Positions 53,539-63,347 of a DNA stretch of 64,000 nucleotides are shown in pieces. The stretch lies in the NCBI GenBank assembly GCA_040954595.2, contig CM082582.2, positions 4,510,303 through 4,574,302 of the forward strand. Direction: 5' to 3'. Made by a program: the position numbers and the translations under genes. Each line of letters starts with the position of its first letter. Position 1 is the first letter of the stretch. The notes under the pieces were generated by a model. That model saw only the letters and a list, made by a program, of their open reading frames with translations. It ran no database searches and was not told the origin of the DNA. The stretch is from Balanoglossus misakiensis (taxonomy: Eukaryota > Animalia > Hemichordata).

Positions 53539-54783
53539 ATGAGTTATCTGAGCTACCGTTGCGGCGGTAACCGCGACAAGAAATACCCCAAAAAAACAGT
53601 TTCGTATAACGATCAGAACCTAACGCCGAACTTCCCTGAACAACAGATCCATTCACTGGTGAACCTTCTACAGAACGTTAATTTAGGACAAGGTGCCCTT
53701 ACGCAAGATGTCCCTAATGAACAGGTACAAAGTTTGCGGCCAAAAGTGTTGTACGCAAAAAAAGCTCATGGAGAGAAGAGTTCGGAAGCATTCTCTGGCC
53801 TTTTTGGGCGCAAAATCCCGCCCGTCGTTTTTGCGAACGAATTAGACTCTCCGGGTTGGGACGTATGTCTGGAGATGGTATGGGAACCTAATTTCCGTAT
53901 TCTCGACGAAAGGAACACTCGTAAATGTATTGACTTGAGTGTAGCTTCCAAACAATATGACGCTGTAGTCAGAGAAGTTGGTACAGCACCTTCTAAAACA
54001 GTTTGGCGATTATTTCGACCGGAAATGATTGGCGCTATTCGGCTTTTGTCACCCCACAGACATTTTCAAACACCAAAGTGGGAACCCACTGAAATACCAG
54101 CATGTCCAGAGTTTGCGTCATGGGAGTCTGGCAGTCGTCGTCTACTGTCAGAAGAAGTCAATTTCTTATTAACACCAGAATGCGAATACAATGCATGTAC
54201 CTTAATGGTGAGTGAGGCATTGAGTGAGCACTTCGGTGATTGTTACGACCTTCGCACAGACGTTATTGATGTAGAATCATGCGCTAGACGCCTGGGCCAA
54301 AAACCAGAGAAGTTGGCGGAGCAGATGATTAATACGTTCTTAAAATGTACCTACTTTCGCCAGAGTGGGTGTTGGCTATCTAAGCAATCGACAACTTATC
54401 GCGATATAGCGATTTGGAAATATAGTGGGCTGCGTCCGTCACACCTGTTTTCACACGACGGACAACACATGGAAAGGCATGTTGTGCGGCATCACCCGAC
54501 CAGATGTGAGTTGTTCATACCAGATGGTAAACACAGTATGTGTTGCAGACCATCCCATCTATGCTATGGTTCGTGCAAAGCAAACTCAAGAGACATGGAA
54601 TTGAGAAAGGCAGTATCTAATTTATTATCATTGATCGACGACAGTTCAACGCATAATCACACGTGGTTAAAAGTACAAACACATATAGATAGTTTAGCTG
54701 AATTATTAAATCCACGCGGCTACGTTAATCGAGAAGTTAATCACCCGTTTGACCAGGACACCATCCCAGTATCCACAGAGTAA
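53539..54783 (+). CDS. protein with a C-terminal His-Me finger (HNH-like) endonuclease domain
   Basis: SGCWL...HVVRHHPTRC...MCCRPSHLCYGSCKANSRD matches the VRH..C...CCNPxHLxxGTxxxNxxD pattern. Confidence 0.7.
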   Translation: MSYLSYRCGGNRDKKYPKKTVSYNDQNLTPNFPEQQIHSLVNLLQNVNLGQGALTQDVPNEQVQSLRPKVLYAKKAHGEKSSEAFSGLFGRKIPPVVFANELDSPGWDVCLEMVWEPNFRILDERNTRKCIDLSVASKQYDAVVREVGTAPSKTVWRLFRPEMIGAIRLLSPHRHFQTPKWEPTEIPACPEFASWESGSRRLLSEEVNFLLTPECEYNACTLMVSEALSEHFGDCYDLRTDVIDVESCARRLGQKPEKLAEQMINTFLKCTYFRQSGCWLSKQSTTYRDIAIWKYSGLRPSHLFSHDGQHMERHVVRHHPTRCELFIPDGKHSMCCRPSHLCYGSCKANSRDMELRKAVSNLLSLIDDSSTHNHTWLKVQTHIDSLAELLNPRGYVNREVNHPFDQDTIPVSTE

Positions 54784-54856
54784 GAATGTTTACGGAGGAA
54801 GCAGGTGTAACCGGATATATTTCCGAACGACACCCATCTGACGACAACTTCTTGAA

Positions 54857-55364
54857 AGGCACATAAGCTGCAACTCTTGGGATAATTATCATAATTTTTG
54901 TTTCAAACTGTACTACCATTAGTCTATGCAGATGAAGGCAGAGAAATAAACACAAGCATTATAAACCCTAAATATGAGTGGATATGCAAGTTCTAAGCAG
55001 ATAAATAATAAAGCTTTGCCGCAAGCGATTATGGCCGCAACCGTGGGGAAATAAAAAAAAAAAAGAAAATGTTGCATTTCCGGTTATGAAACTTTATAAA
55101 CAAAACATGAACTCATCCACTTGAGCTCATGGAATTAGTAAATGTACACCACTGAGACATTGTATTTTCCTTTTTCTTTCCAATATTGCTCTTTTTTTAA
55201 ACATTGCAGGAATTTTGGTTTTTCTTCAATTTGTGGCCATTTTGTCATAAATACGTGTTGAGCTTGATATATTATCATGAAATATCATTTAATAGACACG
55301 ATTAGAAGCATATACGAGATTATTTAAAACTTTAATTTTTTGTCCAGTTGCAGCTCATGTGCCT
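54857..55364. mobile_element. second copy (opposite orientation) of the 36205-36714 MITE
   Basis: Ends AGGCACATAAGCTGCAACT / AGTTGCAGCTCATGTGCCT. Interior is the reverse complement of the 36.2 kb copy (e.g. CATCCACTTGAGCTCATGGAA). Flanks TGAA and TCAA. Confidence 0.85.
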
Positions 55365-55746
55365 TCAAGTCTTTCTTTCCGGCTATCTCTTTCGCGTGAT
55401 TACGGATATGAATACTTCTCACTCTAAGGTATTTGTACGCAACAGGTTACTCTAAAATGACTCAAGTGCACAGGCGGTCATCACGGCCTCCTCCAGATGC
55501 AAATATTTCACGTTACTCACTACGTGCACATTTTCAGGTGGAATAATATGCATGGTCGTGTAGTCGTTATTTTGGTTTTTCCTCTGTTTTGAGTTTGAAA
55601 GGTTTGGTTTATACCCTTGTCGATAGTTGCGTCAGTATCACATTTCATAGAGAATTCCTCGTTCTGTCGCATAACTGCAAATCATAAGTAATCCCGGCGT
55701 CATAAAATTATCTTCCACATATGTACGCAACCTGATCATTTCAAAT

Positions 55747-58700
55747 TTAATACATTGGGGCTTTATAACCCCCAAACTCGCCATTGTCTTCCAACCCGTC
55801 GTGTCCTTCAACAATTTTAGACTTTACAGTAGGTGCCAGCTTGAAAATATTAGTTTGGGGGGTTACCGCGTCAACTTCGTTTGAGATTTCAACAAACCTT
55901 GAATCGCGCAGCTTGTTAACAATTAGGTCAATTTCATTGTCATCGACTGAACGAGGGAAATATCGACGAATGTCGAATAAATAAAACGGTTCCTGTTTGG
56001 ATGTCGATGCAAAATCTAACACAGGTTTCTCTAAGGTCTCGCGTATTTTAATCTTGAAGTCGTTGACGGCCTTCTCGTCTTTTAATAAAACCGTGTCATA
56101 GTCTGTAGAACTCACAAGCACCTGCCTTGACTTGTTTTTAATGTCAAACGATTCTCTGGACATCAATGGCTGCTTACATAGATTAAATTGTATGATGTTT
56201 AACTGACGTCGATTGTATACCGGTGTCTTACAAATAGGACAGGACACTTGTTCAACGTTCTCATCAAAGGCGTTCACTCTCATATATTCTTGCAAGCACG
56301 TTTCGTGGAAAAGATGACATCCATTCCAACAGTCTATCACGTTATTTTGTTCAGAATATTTTATTAATTCTTTGTCTGACATTTCTTCTCCGTGATCCCG
56401 TCTCAATCTCAACTCGCGACAGTTTATCGCCTGCAATTGCCGGTATGGCCCCAGCTTATCCAAACATAGGGCGCAATTCGTGGCCTCCCATTCTCCGCGT
56501 TCGTATTCCGGGGATGTGCAATCCGAAGAAGGTTCCGTGAACGACGTGTCGTAATAAGATTCGTCAAAGAGGACAACGCACTTATAAGGGTCACCACATC
56601 TGTAATAACGCTTTCGGAATAGGTTTATCTGGGCACCGGTTCTGTTTTGATTTAACATATTGAATAAATTTACTACACACGACGTCCACAGTGCAAAAAA
56701 ATTTCCAGGTCTAACCAAACACCCGCTGACACATTGACTTTGTGTGCGATGTTGCAGAAAAGATACGCCTTCCTTACTGAGATGGAACGTATCAGAGAAA
56801 AATTTAACCACTTCCGATTTGACAGAAAGTATGGCATCTTGGGTAGGAGTTTTGGAATGTACCATCAGATATTTTATCAAATAGCAAAGTCCATAAAAAC
56901 AATCGTTGGGGTTAATTTGAATTTCACGCGGATCCAGTAATACAAGTCGGCGGTCATTAGCTGGACGCAATTGTCCAGGACCGTGTTTTTCACGAAGGGT
57001 TGTTGAAGCACCATGAAATGGCACTCTGGAAAACACTCGTCCATAGCCCACACCTGTAGTAGTTCCGATTGGAATTAATTGACAACTGCTCTCGGAGTTT
57101 GTAGGTGGCTTTGTCAAAACACTGTCGTTTTGTTGTAACGGGGCCGATTGAGAATTTCCATCTCGGTCGTGATCACTTCTCCTACTGGCTGTGACAATCG
57201 GTGTACAACTACCCCGCAGTTCAACGGGACAAGTTAGGCGTGGCTTTGTCAAAACACTGTCGTTTTGTTGTAACGGGGCCGATTGAGAATTTCCATCTCG
57301 GTCGTGATCACTTCTCCTACTGGCTGTGACAATCGGTGTACAACTACCCCGCAGTTCAACGGGACAAGTTTGACGTGGCTTTGTCAAAACACTGTCGTTT
57401 TGTTGTAACGGGGCCGATTGAGAATTTCCATCTCGGTCGTGATCACTTCTCCTACTGGCTGTGACAATCGGTGTACAACTACCCCGCAGTTCAACGGGAC
57501 AAGTTAGGCGTGGCTTTGTCAAAACACTGTCGTTTTGTTGTAACGGGGCCGATTGAGAATTTCCATCTCGGTCGTGATCACTTCGCCTACTGGTTGTGAC
57601 AATAGGTGTACAACTACCTCGCAGTTTAACTGGACAAGTTTGACGTGGCTTTGTGCACAGCATAGGATCTAACCCCTTTTCTGCACTCTGCACACCAGTA
57701 CCAAACGAAGTTGCTTGTTTATCGTCATCCTCACTGTCATCTGAAGATGAAGACCATTTTGTCAATTCGGGATGTGTTAAGGTGGAGTTGTCGACACGCT
57801 CTATCCTTTTTTTAATAGCACACAGCTCACTTCCGCGCGCCGTGTCCTGACCGACATTCCTTTGTCTTCTGTTACAAAGCCGATTGGCCAATACGCTAGC
57901 GCGGATGGTTGACTCGGTGCGATCTCCCTCGTGTACTTCCAATTGTAACACTTTATCAGAGTGAAGACTAAAATCTCGTCCCGCACACCTTTGGAGAGAG
58001 TTCTGAAAGTCAACATCCGCCAGGTGTATTGCCTTCCATTGCTGACTGGAAAATACAGATTCCTCGCACTTTCGTCTGAAATCAGCAACAGAATTGTTTT
58101 CGTCTGTTCTTTGTTTCAACACGGACAACCACATTTCATGCAACATGTTGTATTTAGTGTCGTCGATAACTCCCAGTTTACCCGCATGTAGATGCCTACT
58201 GAGCGTGGTTAACGTACGATCCATTGCTTTACAAAGGTCCCCATCACTTGTGTCTCGAATGCATTTTTGCAAGCGTGTAATTTCAGCCCCTAAATTGTTA
58301 AGTTTGGTTGAATTCTGTGTATGTATCTTGACGAATTCTTTACACCTTTCACCTAGGTTCGGCATTCTCATGCATAAATCTCTATTTAACATTCTCGGGT
58401 TTCGATCAAGCCATTTATTTTCGTCAGAGAAATGGTAGAAATCGGCGGTAGAACACGCATCAATACTCTTAACTTCTTCAATCTGTTCCTCTGTATATCC
58501 GTGATCTCGCAATATATGCCTATTTAAGGACCGTTCATTATGAAAGCGGTCGTGGCAATTACGTATTCTACAAGTAAATCGAAACCCTAGTAAGACTTCC
58601 TGGGTTTTCGCGTATGGTCCTAATTCTTCCATAAGAACTCGTATTTTCCGGCGTCTGTCCGGTTGGTCTTCTGCAAGCAAGTCGAAGTGGCTGACTGATT

Positions 58701-59694
58701 CCGACAAACCAAACACTCTGACGTTGGTGAGTGACCAATCAAACGTGGACAGGTACTCTGTTAAACCACGAGTGTGAATAAATCCATATTTCTGTCGCAA
58801 ATGTTCTAAAAGGACATGGAAATAGCACACTCCTCGTGGTTGATTGTCATTATCAGCCAAGAAATAAATGCAATCGGAAACAATAGTTTTGGGGACATTC
58901 GCCACTAATTTATCGCCATGCATTCGGACAAGTGTGACGTTGTTATTACAAGTATCGCAGTTGACAACGCTTCTAAGACGGCCTAGGAAAAATACGCATG
59001 TTTGAAATCCCAGGTTTCGTTCCTTTAGGTTAGTCATTGAGACATAGTCGCCACTGGTCAATGCCCTTTGCAAGAATCGCCATTGGTCGCGCATAAACGC
59101 GGGTTCTCCAATCAAGATAGAATGGGGTCGGTTAAGCATGGCCCTTGACAAGATCATACTGTGATCTCTGTCGCTAAACGTGTAAAACTTATCAAGGCCA
59201 CTGGTGTCTCTCATGTCATTAACCCATTCGGGGTACATTGTGTGTGTCTCTCTCTGTTCGTCGTTTGTCTTCATGCGCTTGTTAGCACTCTTGGTGTCTC
59301 CGTCACTCGCGTTCACGAGTGGACTGAGAGTCGTCGACAATGCTCGAACGAAATCAGCTTGACTCGCGTATATGCCATACAGACTGAAATTTTTTGGTCT
59401 CATTACCATCTCGTTGATTAGTTGATATAAATCAATCCGGAACCCGGGTGTCGGTTGACCAGTAGAAAATTCACGGGCCATGTTAGCAATTTGATTAATA
59501 GTCAAACAATCATGTTGGCTGACAACTTTGTATATCTTTTCAAGAAACGTGTGCAATGACTTTTCTTGCACAGTGGTCGAGTCAGTGTTCAGTTTATCGA
59601 TGGTAGATGAAGGTTTCCGCCCAGAGCCTGAGTCGACGCCAAACACCAATAAAACATCTTTACTGAGTTCTGGATAGAGCGGGGACAGATTCAT
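55747..59694 (-). CDS. 1315-aa protein with a C2H2 finger, tandem repeats and a C-terminal RING-H2-like domain
   Basis: FTCRIRNCHDRFHNERSLNRHILRDH (C2H2). CALC...GCHLFHETC...CPIC (RING-H2 with a long insert). Intronless. Confidence 0.8.
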   Translation of the reverse strand: MNLSPLYPELSKDVLLVFGVDSGSGRKPSSTIDKLNTDSTTVQEKSLHTFLEKIYKVVSQHDCLTINQIANMAREFSTGQPTPGFRIDLYQLINEMVMRPKNFSLYGIYASQADFVRALSTTLSPLVNASDGDTKSANKRMKTNDEQRETHTMYPEWVNDMRDTSGLDKFYTFSDRDHSMILSRAMLNRPHSILIGEPAFMRDQWRFLQRALTSGDYVSMTNLKERNLGFQTCVFFLGRLRSVVNCDTCNNNVTLVRMHGDKLVANVPKTIVSDCIYFLADNDNQPRGVCYFHVLLEHLRQKYGFIHTRGLTEYLSTFDWSLTNVRVFGLSESVSHFDLLAEDQPDRRRKIRVLMEELGPYAKTQEVLLGFRFTCRIRNCHDRFHNERSLNRHILRDHGYTEEQIEEVKSIDACSTADFYHFSDENKWLDRNPRMLNRDLCMRMPNLGERCKEFVKIHTQNSTKLNNLGAEITRLQKCIRDTSDGDLCKAMDRTLTTLSRHLHAGKLGVIDDTKYNMLHEMWLSVLKQRTDENNSVADFRRKCEESVFSSQQWKAIHLADVDFQNSLQRCAGRDFSLHSDKVLQLEVHEGDRTESTIRASVLANRLCNRRQRNVGQDTARGSELCAIKKRIERVDNSTLTHPELTKWSSSSDDSEDDDKQATSFGTGVQSAEKGLDPMLCTKPRQTCPVKLRGSCTPIVTTSRRSDHDRDGNSQSAPLQQNDSVLTKPRLTCPVELRGSCTPIVTASRRSDHDRDGNSQSAPLQQNDSVLTKPRQTCPVELRGSCTPIVTASRRSDHDRDGNSQSAPLQQNDSVLTKPRLTCPVELRGSCTPIVTASRRSDHDRDGNSQSAPLQQNDSVLTKPPTNSESSCQLIPIGTTTGVGYGRVFSRVPFHGASTTLREKHGPGQLRPANDRRLVLLDPREIQINPNDCFYGLCYLIKYLMVHSKTPTQDAILSVKSEVVKFFSDTFHLSKEGVSFLQHRTQSQCVSGCLVRPGNFFALWTSCVVNLFNMLNQNRTGAQINLFRKRYYRCGDPYKCVVLFDESYYDTSFTEPSSDCTSPEYERGEWEATNCALCLDKLGPYRQLQAINCRELRLRRDHGEEMSDKELIKYSEQNNVIDCWNGCHLFHETCLQEYMRVNAFDENVEQVSCPICKTPVYNRRQLNIIQFNLCKQPLMSRESFDIKNKSRQVLVSSTDYDTVLLKDEKAVNDFKIKIRETLEKPVLDFASTSKQEPFYLFDIRRYFPRSVDDNEIDLIVNKLRDSRFVEISNEVDAVTPQTNIFKLAPTVKSKIVEGHDGLEDNGEFGGYKAPMY
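57106..57654 (-). repeat. 135-bp coding tandem repeat, 4 copies
   Basis: TKPRxTCPVELRGSCTPIVTASRRSDHDRDGNSQSAPLQQNDSVL; period 135 (57106, 57241, 57376, 57511, 57646). Confidence 0.95.
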
Positions 59695-60001
59695 TTCATT
59701 ACTTTTCTCGGTTATTCGCCGAAACTGTTTTGGAACGTACGCTAATATCCACTTACAAAAGAGGGCACGGTAGTGTGTAGAGGTAATGTGCTGTAATTGA
59801 ATCTTTGTAAGAACACCTGTCGAGAAAAGTGCCTCATTAAACAGGACTCATCTTCCTTGTTTAATATATATCTTTATGTTTTCATTATCGTATGCATATA
59901 CAAAATACATTTCAATACCCCACGATTGATAAGAGAGACTGTATCCTATTTATTCACGTGTATGTTTTTGAGGAAGAAACGACCATGTCGTATTCAGTGA
60001 A

Positions 60002-60793
60002 TTAGTTTCTTGTACGTGACACCCCTTGAATGCTGTCAGTATCTGCATGGTCTATTAGTAAGTCCGACTCGTAATCGTCTGTAGGATAAGGGTCGTTGTT
60101 TCTAAAATTGATCTCTCTAGTCAGCCTCTTGTGGTGATACAAATGTGTCGCTAAATGTACGAACGAAAACACGGCAATTATAATGAGACCACCCTTTACA
60201 ACGTCTTCACCGAACACTTTACAGAACCCAGTGTCTCTGTAATTGGGCGTCAGAAAACACATGGGTATGCTTTGGGCCGTTACCACAAGAATGCCGATGA
60301 CAAAAAGTGGAAACACATGTATAGCTATTCTCTCTCGCATATGGGGTTCCATGAGAGACTCCAGTATCTTCTCTTCCCCTTTGAAAGTCTTGTAAAGGAG
60401 ATACACTACGTTCAGCATCACGATAGCGCAGTCTATATACGCGGGATACACGCAAAATCTCAATATACCGTATAAATCTGGGATCTTACACGGGTCTCCA
60501 CCCGCTCTTTCACCTTGTACGACTAACATAATGGCTGCGATTGTGAAAAAAACAGCGTACACAAACTTTTGAAGATGAAGTAACAGATGGTCGTGAAATG
60601 CCCTCAGTCCCTTCTGTCTATAAACGTCTGTGACGCCATCATCCAGTCTCTTGAATTCTTGAACAGTTTTTAGGAAAACCTTTCTAGACGAATGCGTTAA
60701 AGTATCCCACCTGTCGCCCATCTGATTCTTAAACGGCCGTTTAGTCACATGTTGTTTACCGACAATCCGGGTATATTTTTTGCCGGGTGTCAT
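60002..60793 (-). CDS. membrane protein with ~4 TM segments, 263 aa
   Basis: Four hydrophobic stretches with Cys-containing loops. Confidence 0.75.
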   Translation of the reverse strand: MTPGKKYTRIVGKQHVTKRPFKNQMGDRWDTLTHSSRKVFLKTVQEFKRLDDGVTDVYRQKGLRAFHDHLLLHLQKFVYAVFFTIAAIMLVVQGERAGGDPCKIPDLYGILRFCVYPAYIDCAIVMLNVVYLLYKTFKGEEKILESLMEPHMRERIAIHVFPLFVIGILVVTAQSIPMCFLTPNYRDTGFCKVFGEDVVKGGLIIIAVFSFVHLATHLYHHKRLTREINFRNNDPYPTDDYESDLLIDHADTDSIQGVSRTRN

Positions 60794-60859
60794 TCTGATT
60801 TACTTAGTTACTTGTCTAATAACGTCGACGTTAATAGAACTAACCAGTGAATAAGTGTG

Positions 60860-61678
60860 ATGTCTCGCGCACACCCTTACACTACTTTAAAAAAAAATCG
60901 CCTCAAGACTTATTTGACAGTAACGCTGGTAGAAAAATGTAAGATAAATATTAAAAGGGCAAGAAAGGGTTACGTGGCTATCGACAAACGGTCTTCTAAA
61001 GAATGTCAGCTCACCGGTGTCTACAAGCAGATCAGAAAATATCATTTACCAGCAGAGTGTTACACAAATATTAAGCTACGACGACAACGGCGATCGCGCA
61101 CATACAGCACCAAATGCCCAAGGGAAGCCATGTACTTAGGAAAAAACATTGACAAATCAGTCAAACTTATGTTAAAAGAGAAACCTATCGCACACACTCC
61201 GGTGACACAAAGCATATTCAATTCATTGCGATATTTGGGATACACTCCGCTGACAGCACAACTTCCTGTCACAAACTTCCAACCGGATCAACAAGATTGT
61301 AAGTGGGGTGCAACTGTTGGTGTATTAGACCTCGTAGCATACAACCAAGAAAAGAAAATATATACAGCGATTGAACTCAAAACAACCTCTAAACACTACA
61401 GTGATATTAAAAAAGAACACGATTGGGCGAACCTTAATCCTTCGACCGGCTACAGGCGGTCTTTTTATTCTCAAGCGGTACTACAATCCCAGTTAGGAGC
61501 TCTCATGCTAATTAATACATTCAACTTAACAAGCGCTGATAGCTTAGTCATTGTTTATTCTTTCGCAGATAAATCCACCGTTATCGAATGTGTAGGACAA
61601 TTTAATAACACCACGTCGGCATCTGAATTGTTTCCATGGGTTGTAGGTTACAGGAAACAATGTGTACACAGAAGGTGA
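60860..61678 (+). CDS. PD-(D/E)XK superfamily nuclease
   Basis: GVLDLVAY...YTAIELKTT...QAVLQSQLG gives the D..ExK core plus a downstream Q helix. Basic N-terminus. Confidence 0.7.
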   Translation: MSRAHPYTTLKKNRLKTYLTVTLVEKCKINIKRARKGYVAIDKRSSKECQLTGVYKQIRKYHLPAECYTNIKLRRQRRSRTYSTKCPREAMYLGKNIDKSVKLMLKEKPIAHTPVTQSIFNSLRYLGYTPLTAQLPVTNFQPDQQDCKWGATVGVLDLVAYNQEKKIYTAIELKTTSKHYSDIKKEHDWANLNPSTGYRRSFYSQAVLQSQLGALMLINTFNLTSADSLVIVYSFADKSTVIECVGQFNNTTSASELFPWVVGYRKQCVHRR

Positions 61679-61717
61679 GATGTGTCACCTCGCGTCGACT
61701 GATAAACATCACGTCAC

Positions 61718-62013
61718 ATATATATATATATATAGATATAGATATATATATATATTAATATTAAGCAGTGTATTTACGCCAACTTATTAGTTGCTAAACA
61801 CTACGTCATGTATATGGGATAATAAATATTAATCATTCCCGGTACGGCGACGTATTAGTCGCTAAACATTACGTCATGTATATGGTATAATGAATATTAA
61901 TCATTCTCGGTACGGCGACGTATTAGTCGCTAAACATTACGTCATGTATATGGGGTAATGAATATTAATCAGTCCCGGTGCGCCGACGTATAAGTCGATA
62001 AACATGACGTCAT
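61718..62013. promoter_or_regulatory. (TA)n tract followed by a 68-bp tandem array (~3.4 copies) with CRE/ATF-like sites
   Basis: Units start at 61785, 61853, 61921 and 61989, carrying CTACGTCA, TTACGTCA, TTACGTCA and TGACGTCA. The repeat is certain; the regulatory role is inferred. Confidence 0.6.
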
Positions 62014-62064
62014 ACTTTGTTCTTTTATATTGGACTCGCACGTCGAGTGCCGTCAATCAGCACC

Positions 62065-62916
62065 ATGACTAGCACACGTGCACAAACGAGGGAAAAACGG
62101 AAAGCCAGCATCCGTAATTGCATGTCAGTGTTTAAGCGCTGTGAATTATACAGTTCTGCCAGTGGGATGATCGTCAAAACATTGTTTAATCGGAACAGCG
62201 CACCAGGCTTGGACACAAAGAACTGGGTGTTATCTATTCCCGAAGCTCCGGTTAGCCCTGATATGGAATTTGCCAGAGATGCCATTCCCCAGTCCTATTA
62301 TCTCAATGACGCTGGACTAGGCTGCATTCTCCATCACTGGTTGAGACGGTTCCCTGTCTGCTTCAGGCATGGCATGGGGAGGCCACGCACCATAGACCTG
62401 TTTCTCAACACTATCCAAAACCGGTTGAGACTGCCGTTCATATGGTGTGTAAAAGCTGATTTCGTACGTGATCAACAACTTTCTGAGACCACGAGTAAAC
62501 ACACCGTGAGATCCGTTCATATCAATAATGCCAGGCTTTACATCAACGCGGTCGTGCAAAACTCATTGGATGAGAAAGTACCCTTGCGCTCTCTCCTGGC
62601 CTTACCGGAAATGAAACTGATCGATCGGAATAGGGACCCGGACGAAAACGCCGCCATTCTGGACGCATTTCAGAATGTGTTCCGAGAGGTCTATGCCAGA
62701 AGCAAGAAGGAACATCCGTACCCTATGGTTGCAGAGGTCTCCGACAAGAAATACAAAGTCACGGTGAGTGAGTACTTTGTACCATTAACACGGAATGAAG
62801 ATCCTAACAACTGTACGGCGATTTCAGAAGAGTACAGAGAACTTCGTTCGTACGATGACTCCAAGGATGTACAGTGCTTGGTGTTTGACACGGGACATGG
62901 CACTAATGGACAGTAA
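62065..62916 (+). CDS. hypothetical protein, ~283 aa
   Basis: ATG in a CACCATG context, basic N-terminus, intronless. Confidence 0.75.
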   Translation: MTSTRAQTREKRKASIRNCMSVFKRCELYSSASGMIVKTLFNRNSAPGLDTKNWVLSIPEAPVSPDMEFARDAIPQSYYLNDAGLGCILHHWLRRFPVCFRHGMGRPRTIDLFLNTIQNRLRLPFIWCVKADFVRDQQLSETTSKHTVRSVHINNARLYINAVVQNSLDEKVPLRSLLALPEMKLIDRNRDPDENAAILDAFQNVFREVYARSKKEHPYPMVAEVSDKKYKVTVSEYFVPLTRNEDPNNCTAISEEYRELRSYDDSKDVQCLVFDTGHGTNGQ

Positions 62917-63347
62917 CATGGCGTACTTACAAGATGTGATTATCCCACATCTGTGTTGGGACAGTTGGAACTTTTGATTAGAACTTAATTCACAACTTGT
63001 AAAGCACATAGGCAATAATTCACTTTAGTTTATTTTATTCCATTTTATCGTTCAATACTGAGCACGTTTGCATGCGCCAGTTTTTGTTGACGTTACTTAT
63101 CCGAGCTATTTACATAATTGTTTTGTTTGGTTTGTTTATATTATTGTCCGTGCGACGTACACTGTTTACCATATTATGTTGGTTACTTTTTATTATTTAC
63201 AAAGGGGCAATAGCAAAAGTGGTGTATATTTGACTGATTTGTTAAATGTAGGTTTATTAGATGCATTTTATTAGATAAATGACATTCCAAATATAATCGC
63301 CTTGTTCTGTTTGTCACTTTTTTTAAAAATAGACATGGGAATGCCTG

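Noticed and set aside
53515-60860. Baculovirus-like TAAG late promoter motifs before several ORFs (~53529, ~60852)
   Set aside because: A 4-5 nt motif in AT-rich DNA is expected by chance, and no baculovirus or nudivirus core genes are seen.
61785-62013. Repeat array next to a Cas4-like nuclease suggesting CRISPR
   Set aside because: Units are similar along their whole length with no spacers, and the nuclease lacks the Cas4 Fe-S cysteine pattern.
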